From a virus (Duplodnaviria; Caudoviricetes), in the IMG/VR virus record IMGVR_UViG_2873258297_000006, positions 1 to 64,000 of that record: DNA of 64,000 nt. One strand, written 5' to 3'. Numbering within the stretch: position 1 is the stretch's first letter; every line of letters begins with the position of its first letter. Shown here piece by piece: positions 43,394 to 53,055 of the stretch. Below the pieces are notes generated by a model. The model ran no database searches and was not told where the DNA came from. It saw nothing but the letters and a program-made list of their open reading frames with translations. The translations under genes and the position numbers were made by a program.

Positions 43394-44959
43394 GTGGCGA
43401 CCGCGACCCGCACCCGCGGCTACCTCGAAGGCATGGACGCCGAGACGTTCGATCTCACCACCTACCTCGCCCAGTTCGACTCGGTACTGCTGACCCATGA
43501 GGACGACGAAGTGCGCGCGGAAGCGCGCCGCACTTACTCACGCCTGGATCCCGTCTTCTTCGCCGCCACCTACCTGCGCCACCATCTCCGCGACAGCGAA
43601 GGGCAGATCACGTTCGGGGATGCGCACCTCGACTGGTGCCGCGCCGCACGGGCCTGGATCCGTCCGGTCACCGCGCCGGCGCAGCAGCGGGATGCTTATA
43701 TCGCTCCGAGGAGCATGGGCAAGTCGACTTGGTGGTTCATGATCCTGCCGCTGTGGGCCGCCGCTCACGGGCACGTCAAATTTGCTGCCGCCTTCGCGAG
43801 TTCGGCAAGCCAGGCGGAAACCCACCTAGCCTCGTTCAAGGCTGAAATCGATCGAAATAGGCTGCTGCGCCGCGACTTCCCCAGCCTATGTACGCCGGCT
43901 AAGCGGCCGTCCGGGGCGAACGTTGCGGACACGCAGGCGATGTACATCGCCGAGTCCGGGTTCGCGTTCGCTGCGCGGGGTGTCGATTCCAGTAACCTCG
44001 GTATGAAGATCGGGGAGCGCCGTCCAGACCTCCTACTGGCGGACGATGTGGAGCCGGATGAAAGTAGCTATTCGGCTGATCTTGCCCGAAAGCGGCTCAC
44101 CACGCTCCTCGATGCGATCCTGCCGTTGAACATTTACGCACGGGTCGTGATCTCCGGAACCGTGACCATGACTGGATCTGTAATTCACCAGTTGGTGAAG
44201 CATGCTCGTGGCGTTGAGACGGCCGACTGGATTCGCGACGAGGGGATCCGCGCGCACTACACGCCGCCGATCGTGAAGCGCGCCGACGGCACGGAGCGCA
44301 GTGTGTGGCCGGCGAAGTGGCCCATCGAATATCTGCGATCTATAGAGGGGACCAGGAGCTATGCCAAAAACATGGCCAACGATCCGCTCGGCGCGGACGG
44401 TGATCTGTGGACGCCGGACGACTTCCGCTACCCGGGCGACGAAGGTGTGGACCCGGTTACGCACATGATGCTGTCGATCGACCCCGCGGTCACCGCGAAG
44501 CGGTCCAGCGACTTCACGGGTTTGGGGGTGGTGTCGTGGTCGGCCCGGCATCAGCGGTGCACCGTGCATGTCGCGACCGCAGTGAAGGTGCAGCCGGGGC
44601 CGCTGCTGCGGGACAAGGTGCTCGCGCTGCTCGATGAGTTCCCGCAGATCGGGCTGATCCTGGTCGAGGTGAATCAGGGTCAGGACACGTGGCAGGCGAT
44701 CTTCCATGGGATGCCGGTGAAGGTGAAGACGGTCAGTCAGACGGAGCCCAAGTTCACGCGCGCTGAGGGGGTGCTGAATCACTATCAGCGGGGCCGGGTG
44801 ATCCATGCGCGCAGGCTGCGGGAGTTGGAAGAGCAGATGTGCGCCTTCCCGAAGGCGCCGCACGACGACCTCGTCGACTGTGTCGGGTCGGCTATCCGGC
44901 GTTTCATCCCGAACAAGCCGAGGAAGGTTACGCAGGCAAGCGCCGGGAGTTACCTTTGA
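43394..44959 (+). CDS. terL: Terminase large subunit
   Basis: Walker A APRSMGKST, LLLADDVE Walker B, SIDPA..SDFTG nuclease motif, FP...HDDLVD. Confidence 0.9.
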   Translation: MATATRTRGYLEGMDAETFDLTTYLAQFDSVLLTHEDDEVRAEARRTYSRLDPVFFAATYLRHHLRDSEGQITFGDAHLDWCRAARAWIRPVTAPAQQRDAYIAPRSMGKSTWWFMILPLWAAAHGHVKFAAAFASSASQAETHLASFKAEIDRNRLLRRDFPSLCTPAKRPSGANVADTQAMYIAESGFAFAARGVDSSNLGMKIGERRPDLLLADDVEPDESSYSADLARKRLTTLLDAILPLNIYARVVISGTVTMTGSVIHQLVKHARGVETADWIRDEGIRAHYTPPIVKRADGTERSVWPAKWPIEYLRSIEGTRSYAKNMANDPLGADGDLWTPDDFRYPGDEGVDPVTHMMLSIDPAVTAKRSSDFTGLGVVSWSARHQRCTVHVATAVKVQPGPLLRDKVLALLDEFPQIGLILVEVNQGQDTWQAIFHGMPVKVKTVSQTEPKFTRAEGVLNHYQRGRVIHARRLRELEEQMCAFPKAPHDDLVDCVGSAIRRFIPNKPRKVTQASAGSYL

Positions 44960-44973
44960 TTCCAAGGTGAAGG
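44958..44973 (+). promoter_or_regulatory. Conserved late-gene upstream motif, copy 2
   Basis: GATTCCAAGGTGAAGG upstream of the portal gene. Confidence 0.5.
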
Positions 44974-44995
44974 GTTATCATCACCCTAATGAAGG

Positions 44996-46552
44996 GTGGT
45001 GGTTGTGAGTATCGATGACCTGATGTGCGGCATCGAGGAGCTCGCCGAGGCGCGCCCCGACTACGACACCGCCGCCATGTACTACGACGGCACCGCCCCC
45101 GAGATCTTCGCCAGCAGCAAGATCCGTGCCGCCCTGCGCGCCCACAACATCGACTTCGAGCTCAACTTCGCGAAGACCCCCGTCAACGCGGTCGTCGACC
45201 GCCTCGAGGTCGCCGCGATCTCCAGTAGTGACGAGAAGATCACCGCGCTCATCTCCCGCATGTGGGACGACAATCAGCTCGACCTGGAGTTCCGCAACCT
45301 GCACCGCCGCACGTGCGAGTTCGGTGATGCCTATTTCATCTGCCTGCCCGTTGAGGACGACAACGGCACCGTCGTGCGGGTCGACATGTTCTACAACTCG
45401 CCGCAGACGGTGCGGGTCATCTACTCGCAGGAGAACCCGCGCCTCAAACAGTTCGCGATCAAGAAGTGGGCTGACGGTCGCTACCTGCGGGCCGAGCTGT
45501 ACTACGCGGACCGCATCGAACGCTGGACGACGAAGGTCGACACCACCGGCGGACAGCAGACGGACTGGGAAGAGTGGCTGGCCGAACCCGAACCGGACGG
45601 CGACGGCACCGTAGGCGAACCCGACCCCGACTCGTGGTACATCGCCCACGACTACGGCGAGATCCCCGTCTTCCACTACCGCAACGACCACCCCTACGGG
45701 CAGCCCGAACACTACGGTGCCTACGGCCCACAGAACGCCATCAACAAACTCCAGGCCACCCACATGGGCACGGTCGACTACCAGGGCTTCCCGCAGCGCT
45801 ACGCCCTCACCGAAGCCGCCACCACCGACACCTCCGACCTGGAGCCCGGCGACTGGGACGACGCCGACTTCCCCGAGGACACCACCGGCCGCGGCCCCTC
45901 CGACACCGGCGACGACTCCTCCCTCAAAGCCGGGCCCGGCGAAGTGCTGCTGCTGCGCGGCTTCAAGAACGTCGGCCAGTTCGACGCGGCCAAGCCGGAG
46001 ATCTTCCTCAACCCACTCATGTTCAACGTGCGGGCGATGGCGCAGATCACCGTCACCCCCCTGCACCTGTTCGACCCGCAAGGCGACCAGCCGTCCGGCG
46101 AGTCGGTGCGCGCCAAGGAAGCCCCGTTCATCCGCAAGGTGCGTGACCGGCAGCTGTTCATCGGCGCCACCCACCGCGAAATGATCGTGTTCTGTCTGCG
46201 CCAGTTCGGCATTCCGAACCCGGTTGTTGACGTGCGCTGGGCGGCCGCCGCCACCATCGACGACAAGGACGGCTGGCTCACCGTCGGCGAAAAGATCCGC
46301 AACGGTGTGCCGCGCAAGCAGGCATTGATGGAGGCCGGCTACCGGGCCGAGCAGGTCGACGAATGGCTGGAGGGTGTGGACGACGCCGAGCTCACCCGCC
46401 GCGTCGACATCCTCGCAACTGTCGCCGACTCCGCCCAGAAGCTTGGCGCCGCTGCCACGCTCGGCGTCATCGACAACGCCCAAGCGCATGCCCTCCTCAA
46501 CGGCGCCCTGTCGGACATCGAACTGCTGGCCGGGGTGGAGGCGAGGACATGA
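44996..46552 (+). CDS. Portal protein (SPP1 gp6-like)
   Basis: YYDG, NFAKTPVNAVVDRL, SGES.R..EAP; follows terL. Confidence 0.85.
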   Translation: MVVVSIDDLMCGIEELAEARPDYDTAAMYYDGTAPEIFASSKIRAALRAHNIDFELNFAKTPVNAVVDRLEVAAISSSDEKITALISRMWDDNQLDLEFRNLHRRTCEFGDAYFICLPVEDDNGTVVRVDMFYNSPQTVRVIYSQENPRLKQFAIKKWADGRYLRAELYYADRIERWTTKVDTTGGQQTDWEEWLAEPEPDGDGTVGEPDPDSWYIAHDYGEIPVFHYRNDHPYGQPEHYGAYGPQNAINKLQATHMGTVDYQGFPQRYALTEAATTDTSDLEPGDWDDADFPEDTTGRGPSDTGDDSSLKAGPGEVLLLRGFKNVGQFDAAKPEIFLNPLMFNVRAMAQITVTPLHLFDPQGDQPSGESVRAKEAPFIRKVRDRQLFIGATHREMIVFCLRQFGIPNPVVDVRWAAAATIDDKDGWLTVGEKIRNGVPRKQALMEAGYRAEQVDEWLEGVDDAELTRRVDILATVADSAQKLGAAATLGVIDNAQAHALLNGALSDIELLAGVEART

Positions 46553-47586
46553 TGGCCCGCCGTGCAGCCAACGACGAACTGGCCGAGCTGGTGCAGGGCG
46601 AGCAGACCGACGCCGTGCGGGTTCTCGAAGACCGCATCGCCGTCCGCGCCGTAGGTACCCTCGATGACCGGTTCACGATCCTGTCGCAGAGATCTCTCAC
46701 TGCCTGGGTCACTGCATTCGGTGGCGTGGCTGCCGAGGCAAGCGATCCCGGCGCATTGCGGCGGATTCTGGCGAGCATTCGGGCGGCGATCCGACGCCTC
46801 CTCACGCCGCTCGGGAGGCGCGCCGAGCAGGTCCTCACCGAAGCGCTCGCCGAAGCGGTCATGCTGGGCGCACAGCAGCACGCCGCCTTCGTCTCGGAAG
46901 CTACCGGGCGCCGCAACCGGCCAGTCACCAGCCGCGTCTCCGGGGCGCTGCGCGCCAGAGCCGCCGCCATCACTCAAGCCGTCACCGACAGACGCGACCG
47001 GGCCCTCGCCGCACTCCGCCCCAACCGGACCCGCCGCTGGAGCGAAGTACAGACCGGCATCGGCGTGGCTCGCAGCGCCATCCCGGCCGTCCGCACCCAC
47101 ATCACCACCACCGTGAACGAGGCCGTCAACGAAGCGGCCGAGACAGCCATCAAGCATGCGGGCGAGAAGAAGGTGTGGATCGCCGAACGCGATGCCTGCG
47201 TCAACTGTGCTGCCTATGCGGGCCTGACCGTCGCCGCCGAGGCGAAGTTCCCAGCCGGCCTGTCCTGGGACCCGAACCAGCGGGGCCGCGGCGAGGCGTT
47301 GGCCGCTCCGCCGAAACATCCGAGCTGCCGATGCCGTGTCACTGCCTGGCAGGACGCCTGGAAACAGGACGGCGTGATCTCGTTCCCGGATTCGCTGCGC
47401 CGTGAGGCCCGCCGCTCCATCGCCCGCGGCTGGAGTCTGCCCACCGAATCCGGCGCCGCCCGCATCCGGGCGGCCCGTGAACTCCTGCGCACCGGCGCAG
47501 GTCTACCGAAGAGCGTCGAGGAGTTCGCCGCTCAAGCCGTCCGGGCCGGCCGCTTTGCCGACCGCACCTTCCCGACCGGCCCGTGA
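46549..47586 (+). CDS. Minor capsid protein (MuF/SPP1 gp7-like)
   Basis: KVWIAERDACVNC...PPKHPSCRC. Confidence 0.8.
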   Translation: MMARRAANDELAELVQGEQTDAVRVLEDRIAVRAVGTLDDRFTILSQRSLTAWVTAFGGVAAEASDPGALRRILASIRAAIRRLLTPLGRRAEQVLTEALAEAVMLGAQQHAAFVSEATGRRNRPVTSRVSGALRARAAAITQAVTDRRDRALAALRPNRTRRWSEVQTGIGVARSAIPAVRTHITTTVNEAVNEAAETAIKHAGEKKVWIAERDACVNCAAYAGLTVAAEAKFPAGLSWDPNQRGRGEALAAPPKHPSCRCRVTAWQDAWKQDGVISFPDSLRREARRSIARGWSLPTESGAARIRAARELLRTGAGLPKSVEEFAAQAVRAGRFADRTFPTGP

Positions 47587-47618
47587 TGGGCAACCCGCAA
47601 CCCCGCGATGGGAGCACC

Positions 47619-48428
47619 ATGAACACTTTTCCCCGCCGCACGGTGGCCCGTGCCGTCCGCGGCATCAGCCTGCCGCCGCGCACCATCGTCGGCTACGTCG
47701 CAGGCCGCCCCGTCTACAACATCGCAGGCGGCGCCGAAGGCGACGAGCAGGACACCGATGTCGACATGGGCGACGAGTCCGGCACCGAGGACCCTGACCG
47801 CGACGAGCCCGAGGCAGAACCCGGAGCCGAGCCGGACGAGGAGCCCAAGCCGAAACCGCCCGCGAAGAAGGCCGCCCCCAAGCCGGGCGACGACGACTAC
47901 GTCGCCCCATCACGCACGGAGTGGGAGCGGACGCAGGCCGCCCTCAAGAAGGCCAACGACGACGCGAAGCGGCACCGGCTGCGCAACAAGGAGTTGGAAG
48001 AGAAGACCCGCGCCGACGAGACCGAGCACGAGAAGGCGCTGCGCCTGGCCCGCGAGGAGGGTGAGAAGAAGTTCCGTGCCCCGCTCGTGCGCACCGCGGC
48101 CCGCTCTGCGCTCGTTGAGGCCGGGGCGCTGGCGTTCCTGTCGGAGGAGAAGGAGCCCAACTCGCGCGAGGCCAGGGAGAAGGGCGAGTCGCGGCTGAGC
48201 CGGCTGATGAAGCTCCTCGACACCGACGTTCTCGACGTGGATGAGGACGGGGCCGTGTCTGGGTTGGAGGCTGCGGTCGACGATCTGCGTGCCGACTACC
48301 CGGAGTTGTTCGCCGCGCCGAGGTCGAAGCCGAAGGCGCGGCCGACGGGTGCGCCCCGTCCGGCGGCACCGGAGAAGCCGAAGTCGGCGGCGGAACAGCA
48401 TGCGGCCCGTGTCCTGGGCCGCGCTTGA
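47619..48428 (+). CDS. Capsid scaffolding protein
   Basis: Acidic/Pro linker, coiled coil, LFAAP tail; upstream of the major capsid gene; no protease gene seen. Confidence 0.7.
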   Translation: MNTFPRRTVARAVRGISLPPRTIVGYVAGRPVYNIAGGAEGDEQDTDVDMGDESGTEDPDRDEPEAEPGAEPDEEPKPKPPAKKAAPKPGDDDYVAPSRTEWERTQAALKKANDDAKRHRLRNKELEEKTRADETEHEKALRLAREEGEKKFRAPLVRTAARSALVEAGALAFLSEEKEPNSREAREKGESRLSRLMKLLDTDVLDVDEDGAVSGLEAAVDDLRADYPELFAAPRSKPKARPTGAPRPAAPEKPKSAAEQHAARVLGRA

Positions 48429-48444
48429 CATTCCAAGGTATATT
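48429..48444 (+). promoter_or_regulatory. Late motif copy 3, overlapping a TTGACA hexamer
   Basis: CATTCCAAGGT; TTGACA at 48425. Confidence 0.45.
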
Positions 48445-48563
48445 CGTCGTGCGATGAATTGATTCGGTGATCGGATCAGGCCACCGCCCTTGTATGCGAA
48501 GGCGCCCGTGATGGGGCCAGAGCCCACCAGCTACCCCCATCACGCCGCCCGCAGGAGGGCTCA

Positions 48564-49469
48564 ATGGCTCGCAACACCATGGAGGCCTGGATCCCGGAAG
48601 AGTACGACTCCGCGGTCATCCAGCGAATCACCCAGACGTCCGTCATCGAGGCCCTCGCCAACCGCCTCCCCATGACGTCCGACACCCGCCACGCCCCCCG
48701 CTCCGCAGGCATGGGCGTCGAGGTCATCGACAAGGGCGGCGCCTACGGCGAGGACACCAGCCTCAACGACGACGTCGTCCTCACCGCCAAGAAGTTCGGC
48801 AAGGTCGTCCGCATCGCCGAGGAGGACATCAATGATGCCCTCCCCAACACGCTCGCCGTGAAGATGAAGGACTGGGGTATCTCCTACGCGAAGATCCTCG
48901 ACAACGCCTGCCTCGGCGTCACCGCGGCCCCCGGCGCCGGTGTCCCCTTCCAGTCGCTGTACAGCCTGCTCAACACCACGGACGCCACCCTCGGCTACAC
49001 CGGCGGCGACAACATCACCACCGCGGCCTCCTCCGGCGCAACCTACGACGACTACTCCACCGCCATCGGCGACGTCGAGGCGGGCGACTACTACGACCCG
49101 GCCACGATGATCTCCATCGCGCACCCGTCGTTCAAGAAGTCCATGCGCGGCATCAAGGACAGCCAGCAGCGCCCGATCTTCATCGAGGGCCTCGCCGGAA
49201 CTCCCGACACAATCTTCAGTGTGCCGATCCACTGGTCGCTCGGCGCCCGCCAGCACGCTACCGCCACCGCCGCCCCGACCGGACGGCCCCTCATGGCGTT
49301 CGTCTCCACCGACCTCATGCTCCTCGGCATCCGCTCCGGCCCCGAGAGCGTGTTCATCGACGGACGCGACGGCACCTCCGCCCTCACCGACGAGTCGCTG
49401 CTGAAGATGCGTGCCCGCCGCGGCTGGGCCTACGGCCACCCGGCCGGCGCGTCCATCCTCGTCGGCTGA
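48564..49469 (+). CDS. Major capsid protein (HK97 fold)
   Basis: WIPEEY..VIQ, V..EG..Y.E, LTAKK.G..V.I.EE, K.RAR.G; AGGAGG RBS. Confidence 0.85.
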   Translation: MARNTMEAWIPEEYDSAVIQRITQTSVIEALANRLPMTSDTRHAPRSAGMGVEVIDKGGAYGEDTSLNDDVVLTAKKFGKVVRIAEEDINDALPNTLAVKMKDWGISYAKILDNACLGVTAAPGAGVPFQSLYSLLNTTDATLGYTGGDNITTAASSGATYDDYSTAIGDVEAGDYYDPATMISIAHPSFKKSMRGIKDSQQRPIFIEGLAGTPDTIFSVPIHWSLGARQHATATAAPTGRPLMAFVSTDLMLLGIRSGPESVFIDGRDGTSALTDESLLKMRARRGWAYGHPAGASILVG

Positions 49470-49485
49470 CCCTCACTTCCCCACC

Positions 49486-49517
49486 CCTGCACCGCCCTTG
49501 TGGCTGGGCGGTGCAGG
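49486..49517 (+). terminator. Hairpin after the capsid gene
   Basis: CCTGCACCGCCC / GGGCGGTGCAGG 12 bp stem. Confidence 0.7.
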
Positions 49518-49537
49518 CCTACCGGAAGGAGGAAGCC

Positions 49538-49921
49538 ATGGCAGCAGCGAAGAAGACGGCAGCCAGCGTCCGCGCCAAGCAGTTCCCGGCGCAGGAAGGC
49601 GAGCCGGAGACTGAGGTCGACGAGCGGTCTGCGGACGGCGCCGAAGGCCTGCGGTACGTCAAGGAGTTCGTCGTCCTCAAAACGTCGTGGCCTGCCCGCG
49701 ACGAGGACGAGGCGCACAAGGCGAACGGGGCGGCCGTCTGCAACGAGGCTATCCAGCGCGGCCTCCACCCGCGTGGCGACGTCTCGTTCGACGGCGCCGA
49801 GGATCACCCCGACGGGTACTCCGTGACCCTCACCTACAGCGTGCGGACGGTCCCGTCGTCTGTCGATGACACCCCGCAGGACACCACCACCCCGCGGGAC
49901 GTCATCGAGGGCACGGAGTAG
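49538..49921 (+). CDS. Putative head-associated protein
   Basis: AAGGAGG RBS; between the capsid and adaptor genes. Confidence 0.6.
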   Translation: MAAAKKTAASVRAKQFPAQEGEPETEVDERSADGAEGLRYVKEFVVLKTSWPARDEDEAHKANGAAVCNEAIQRGLHPRGDVSFDGAEDHPDGYSVTLTYSVRTVPSSVDDTPQDTTTPRDVIEGTE

Positions 49922-49925
49922 CGCC

Positions 49926-50369
49926 ATGGTCGACGCTTGGGCCACGCCGCAGCAGGTCATCGACATCACCGGTGTCACGGTGACCGATGCCGAGCTGTCT
50001 CGGGCGCAGTCCAGCGTCGAGGTGTTCTGCAACCGGATCTACACCGACACCCCGCGCATGCGGCTGCGGGACCTGTACTGGCTCGCCCGTGCCGTCGCTT
50101 ACCAGGCGGCGTGGGAGAAGGGGCAGTTCGACCTCAACACCCGACTGGACGCTAACCAGGTCCAGCAGGACGGCATCGTCGCCAACCTTGCCGAGAAGGC
50201 GATGACGTTGGGCCCGAGGGCGAAGGGTGCGCTGCAGCGCTGCTCCTGGATGCGGTCACGCACCATCCACCTGCGGACCCCGTTGGAGAGTGCAGGCCGC
50301 TACGCCAACGCACTCGCTGACGCATCCGACGACCAGCAGCAGTGGATGCCGATGGGCGGCCGCGGATGA
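49926..50369 (+). CDS. Head-tail adaptor (putative)
   Basis: WATPQQV..ITG..V....L..AQ..V; synteny. Confidence 0.65.
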   Translation: MVDAWATPQQVIDITGVTVTDAELSRAQSSVEVFCNRIYTDTPRMRLRDLYWLARAVAYQAAWEKGQFDLNTRLDANQVQQDGIVANLAEKAMTLGPRAKGALQRCSWMRSRTIHLRTPLESAGRYANALADASDDQQQWMPMGGRG

Positions 50370-50701
50370 ACGTGGCCACCACCACCGTCAGCATTCTCGG
50401 CGGCACCAGCGAGGACGAGTTCGGGGACGAGACCGACGGCAACACCGTCCTCGCCTCCCGCATCCCGGCCTCGCTAGTCGAGTCCACACGCACCGCATCC
50501 GAGCCGGTCTCCGGCATCAAACGAATCGTCCGCACCCACATCTGCCGCCTGCCCCCGGACACCGCGGTCGATGAGAACAAGCGGATCAAGGACGAGGTGA
50601 CGCAGGAGATCTACATCGTCGTCTCCGTCACGAAGAACTCCAACCCCGTCCTCGCGCAGCCCCTGCGCGCGGACCTGAAACGCACAGGACGAGCCGCCTG
50701 A
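50366..50701 (+). CDS. Head closure/stopper protein (putative)
   Basis: DEFGDETDG, RIKDE.T..IY.V; synteny. Confidence 0.65.
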   Translation: MNVATTTVSILGGTSEDEFGDETDGNTVLASRIPASLVESTRTASEPVSGIKRIVRTHICRLPPDTAVDENKRIKDEVTQEIYIVVSVTKNSNPVLAQPLRADLKRTGRAA

Positions 50702-50800
50702 GGCTCCGACATAGCAACACCGCCCCGCCCGGCACCCGCGGCCCGTAAACGGCCAGCCAGGCAGGCACCGACAGCCATCCGTAGAGGAGGTGCAGGAGAG

Positions 50801-51175
50801 ATGAGCGCTGCGTTCACGCTCACGGTCAACACCGCATGGCCGGAAGAGGTCGACCATGCATCCTCCCGCTTCCTCGAATCGGTGGCACTGGGCATCGAGA
50901 CGGACGCCAAGCGGCTGGCCGCCGTCGACACCGGACTGATGCGATCGCGTATCTACCGTGAGGTCAACGATCTGACCGCCCGCATTGGAGTTCGGGACGT
51001 CGAATACTGGATGACCGTCGAGTTCGGGTCCGGCCCGCACGTCATCACCCCCGTCAACAGGAAAGCCCTGTACTGGCCCGGCGCTAGGCACCCTGTTGCT
51101 CGCGTCAACCACCCGGGCACCCCCGTGCAGCCGTTCCTCCGGCCCGCACTCATGCGCAGGCGGGAGGCACTCTGA
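50801..51175 (+). CDS. HK97 gp10-family neck protein
   Basis: AKRLAAVDTGLMRSRI...Y..TVEFG...HPGT..QPFLRPA. Confidence 0.85.
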   Translation: MSAAFTLTVNTAWPEEVDHASSRFLESVALGIETDAKRLAAVDTGLMRSRIYREVNDLTARIGVRDVEYWMTVEFGSGPHVITPVNRKALYWPGARHPVARVNHPGTPVQPFLRPALMRRREAL

Positions 51176-51627
51176 TGGCCGCCACCCCGCGTGCGAACTC
51201 CGAACTCGTTGCCGTGGCCTGGCTGCAGGGCGCTGCTGGCATGGAGGCCGGCCAGGTCGCGACCACCCTTCCATCGGACCAGGCCGCGTGGGAGGCGAAC
51301 GGGTTCGTGCAGGTGCCCATGATTGTGGGCGGAACCCCGCAGCTGCACTACGCGCTGCGCGAGCCCGTCGTGCAGGTCGACGCATGGGCAGTCAACCGGA
51401 ACTCGGGCAAGCCGCCGTGGGGTAAGGCCGCAAGCCTCATGGAGCTGATCGTCGCGGCGACCTACGACACGGCGCGCATGCAGCGAACTCTCATCCTGCC
51501 GTCCGGCTACCCCCAGGCCCGCGTCATGACCGCCCACTTCATAACCGAGCCGCGCCGGATCCCGGCCGATGACGCCTCGTGCGCCCGCTATTCGGCCGAT
51601 CTCGCCTTGCATTGGATCACCCTCTAG
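51175..51627 (+). CDS. Tail terminator (putative)
   Basis: Synteny; VVQVDAWA, RYSADL. Confidence 0.65.
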   Translation: MAATPRANSELVAVAWLQGAAGMEAGQVATTLPSDQAAWEANGFVQVPMIVGGTPQLHYALREPVVQVDAWAVNRNSGKPPWGKAASLMELIVAATYDTARMQRTLILPSGYPQARVMTAHFITEPRRIPADDASCARYSADLALHWITL

Positions 51628-51634
51628 GAGCGCC

Positions 51635-51799
51635 ATGCCGATCGTCCGCACCACCATCCAGCCCCATCTCGAGGTCGAGGTCTCCGACGCGGAGTACACC
51701 GACCTGAAGCGACAGGGCCTCCTCATCGAGGACGCCCCGGCCGCTGCTCCTGCCGCCGCACCGGCCAAGACCACCGCCGCAGCGAAGAGCAAGGAGTAG
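51635..51799 (+). CDS. Small hypothetical protein
   Basis: AGGAG RBS; VRTT.QP..E.EVSDAEY.DL..QGLL. Confidence 0.65.
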   Translation: MPIVRTTIQPHLEVEVSDAEYTDLKRQGLLIEDAPAAAPAAAPAKTTAAAKSKE

Positions 51800-51802
51800 G
51801 AC

Positions 51803-52363
51803 ATGGCGGTCACCACCACAAACCTGATCATGGGACCGGCCGACCTGTACATCGGGGCGTTCGGTGCCACGGAGCCCCTCGACACCGCGGTCAACACGAC
51901 CCCCGCCGCGTCCTCCTGGACCGATCTGGGTGGCACGCAGGACGGCGTCAAGCTCACCGTCGACCAGACGTACACGCCGCTGGAGGTCGACCAGATCGTC
52001 GACGAGCCCGGCGCCCGCCTCACCAAGCGCATGTTCACCATCGAAACGAACCTCGCCGAGGCCACCCTCGAGAACCTCAAGTACCTGCTCAACGACGGCA
52101 CCGCCGCCTCGGGGGCCGGCTTCAAGAGCTTCGAGCCGATCTACGCCTCGTCCGCGACACAGCCCACCTACCGGGCCGTCATCCTCGACGGCTACGCCCC
52201 CAACCAGCTACGACGCCGCTTCATCATCCGCCGCTGCCTGTCCAACGACAAGGTCGAATCGACCTACAAGAAGGACGGCCAGACCCTGTTCACCGTCAAG
52301 TGGCAGGGCTTCTACGTCAGCTCCGTCATCGCCCCGTTCAAACTCGTCGACGCCACCAGCTAG
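51803..52363 (+). CDS. Major tail (tube) protein
   Basis: GPADLY.GAFG..EP...WTDLGGTQDGV.L..DQ.Y..LEVDQ. Confidence 0.8.
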   Translation: MAVTTTNLIMGPADLYIGAFGATEPLDTAVNTTPAASSWTDLGGTQDGVKLTVDQTYTPLEVDQIVDEPGARLTKRMFTIETNLAEATLENLKYLLNDGTAASGAGFKSFEPIYASSATQPTYRAVILDGYAPNQLRRRFIIRRCLSNDKVESTYKKDGQTLFTVKWQGFYVSSVIAPFKLVDATS

Positions 52364-52371
52364 GAACCCGC

Positions 52372-52779
52372 ATGCCCAAAGCACCCACAACACGTCCCGC
52401 CCACCCGCACGAGGACGAGGAGATCTTCGAGATCACCACATCCGAACCGGCGGAGCAGGCCGAAGAACGCCGCACCCTCTTCACGATCGACGGGGAAAAG
52501 ATCACCGTCCCCAAGGTCATCGACGAGCGGCTCGTGTTCCTCGCCATGAACTACATGCGTACCGAGGGTGCCTGGTTCGGAACCATGTACCTCACCGAAC
52601 TCATCCTCGGCACGCCCCAGTTCAAGAAGATCGTCAGCCTGCTGGAGCAGCGCCGCATCAACCAGGACCAGTTCGACAGGATCAGCAGCCGGGTGAACGA
52701 CCTGTTCTTCCAGCGAACCAAAGTCGACGACGTACAGGGGGAGCAGGGAAAAGCTTCACCCGATTCACCCGGCAACTAG
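52372..52779 (+). CDS. Tail assembly chaperone (gpG-like)
   Basis: Between the tail tube and TMP genes; ends just past a slippery site. Confidence 0.75.
   Translation: MPKAPTTRPAHPHEDEEIFEITTSEPAEQAEERRTLFTIDGEKITVPKVIDERLVFLAMNYMRTEGAWFGTMYLTELILGTPQFKKIVSLLEQRRINQDQFDRISSRVNDLFFQRTKVDDVQGEQGKASPDSPGN
52746..52752 (+). other. -1 programmed frameshift site G GGA AAA
   Basis: XXXYYYZ heptamer in the correct phase; -1 frame stays open to 53051. Confidence 0.75.
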
Positions 52780-53051
52780 CAGACCACGCTTGGATCGTCG
52801 ACTACTACGACGACCTGGACGCGGACTTCCTCGCCATCTACGGCATCGACCTCGACCGCACCGTGGTCGGAGCCAAGCGATTCCTTGCCCGAGCGACCCG
52901 ACTCCCCGCCTACCAGAGCGTCCTCGCCGCACGCCTGGCCGCCGAACAACAAGAAGACCAACCCGCACCCCCGCACGACGGGCAAACAGACGTGCCCGTC
53001 GACGCAATGAACCTGATGATGCCCGGCCTGATCGAACGCGCGGAGGTGTAA
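52746..53051 (+). CDS. Frameshifted C-terminal extension of the tail chaperone (gpGT-like)
   Basis: WIVDYYDDLDADFLAIYGIDL...RLPAYQSVL in the -1 frame. Confidence 0.7.
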   Translation, partial: GKSFTRFTRQLADHAWIVDYYDDLDADFLAIYGIDLDRTVVGAKRFLARATRLPAYQSVLAARLAAEQQEDQPAPPHDGQTDVPVDAMNLMMPGLIERAEV

Positions 53052-53055
53052 CCCG

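Noticed and set aside
44981-46489. 502 aa minus-strand ORF opposite the portal gene, and similar antisense ORFs across the late region
   Set aside because: Codon-mirror artefacts typical of ~70 percent GC DNA.
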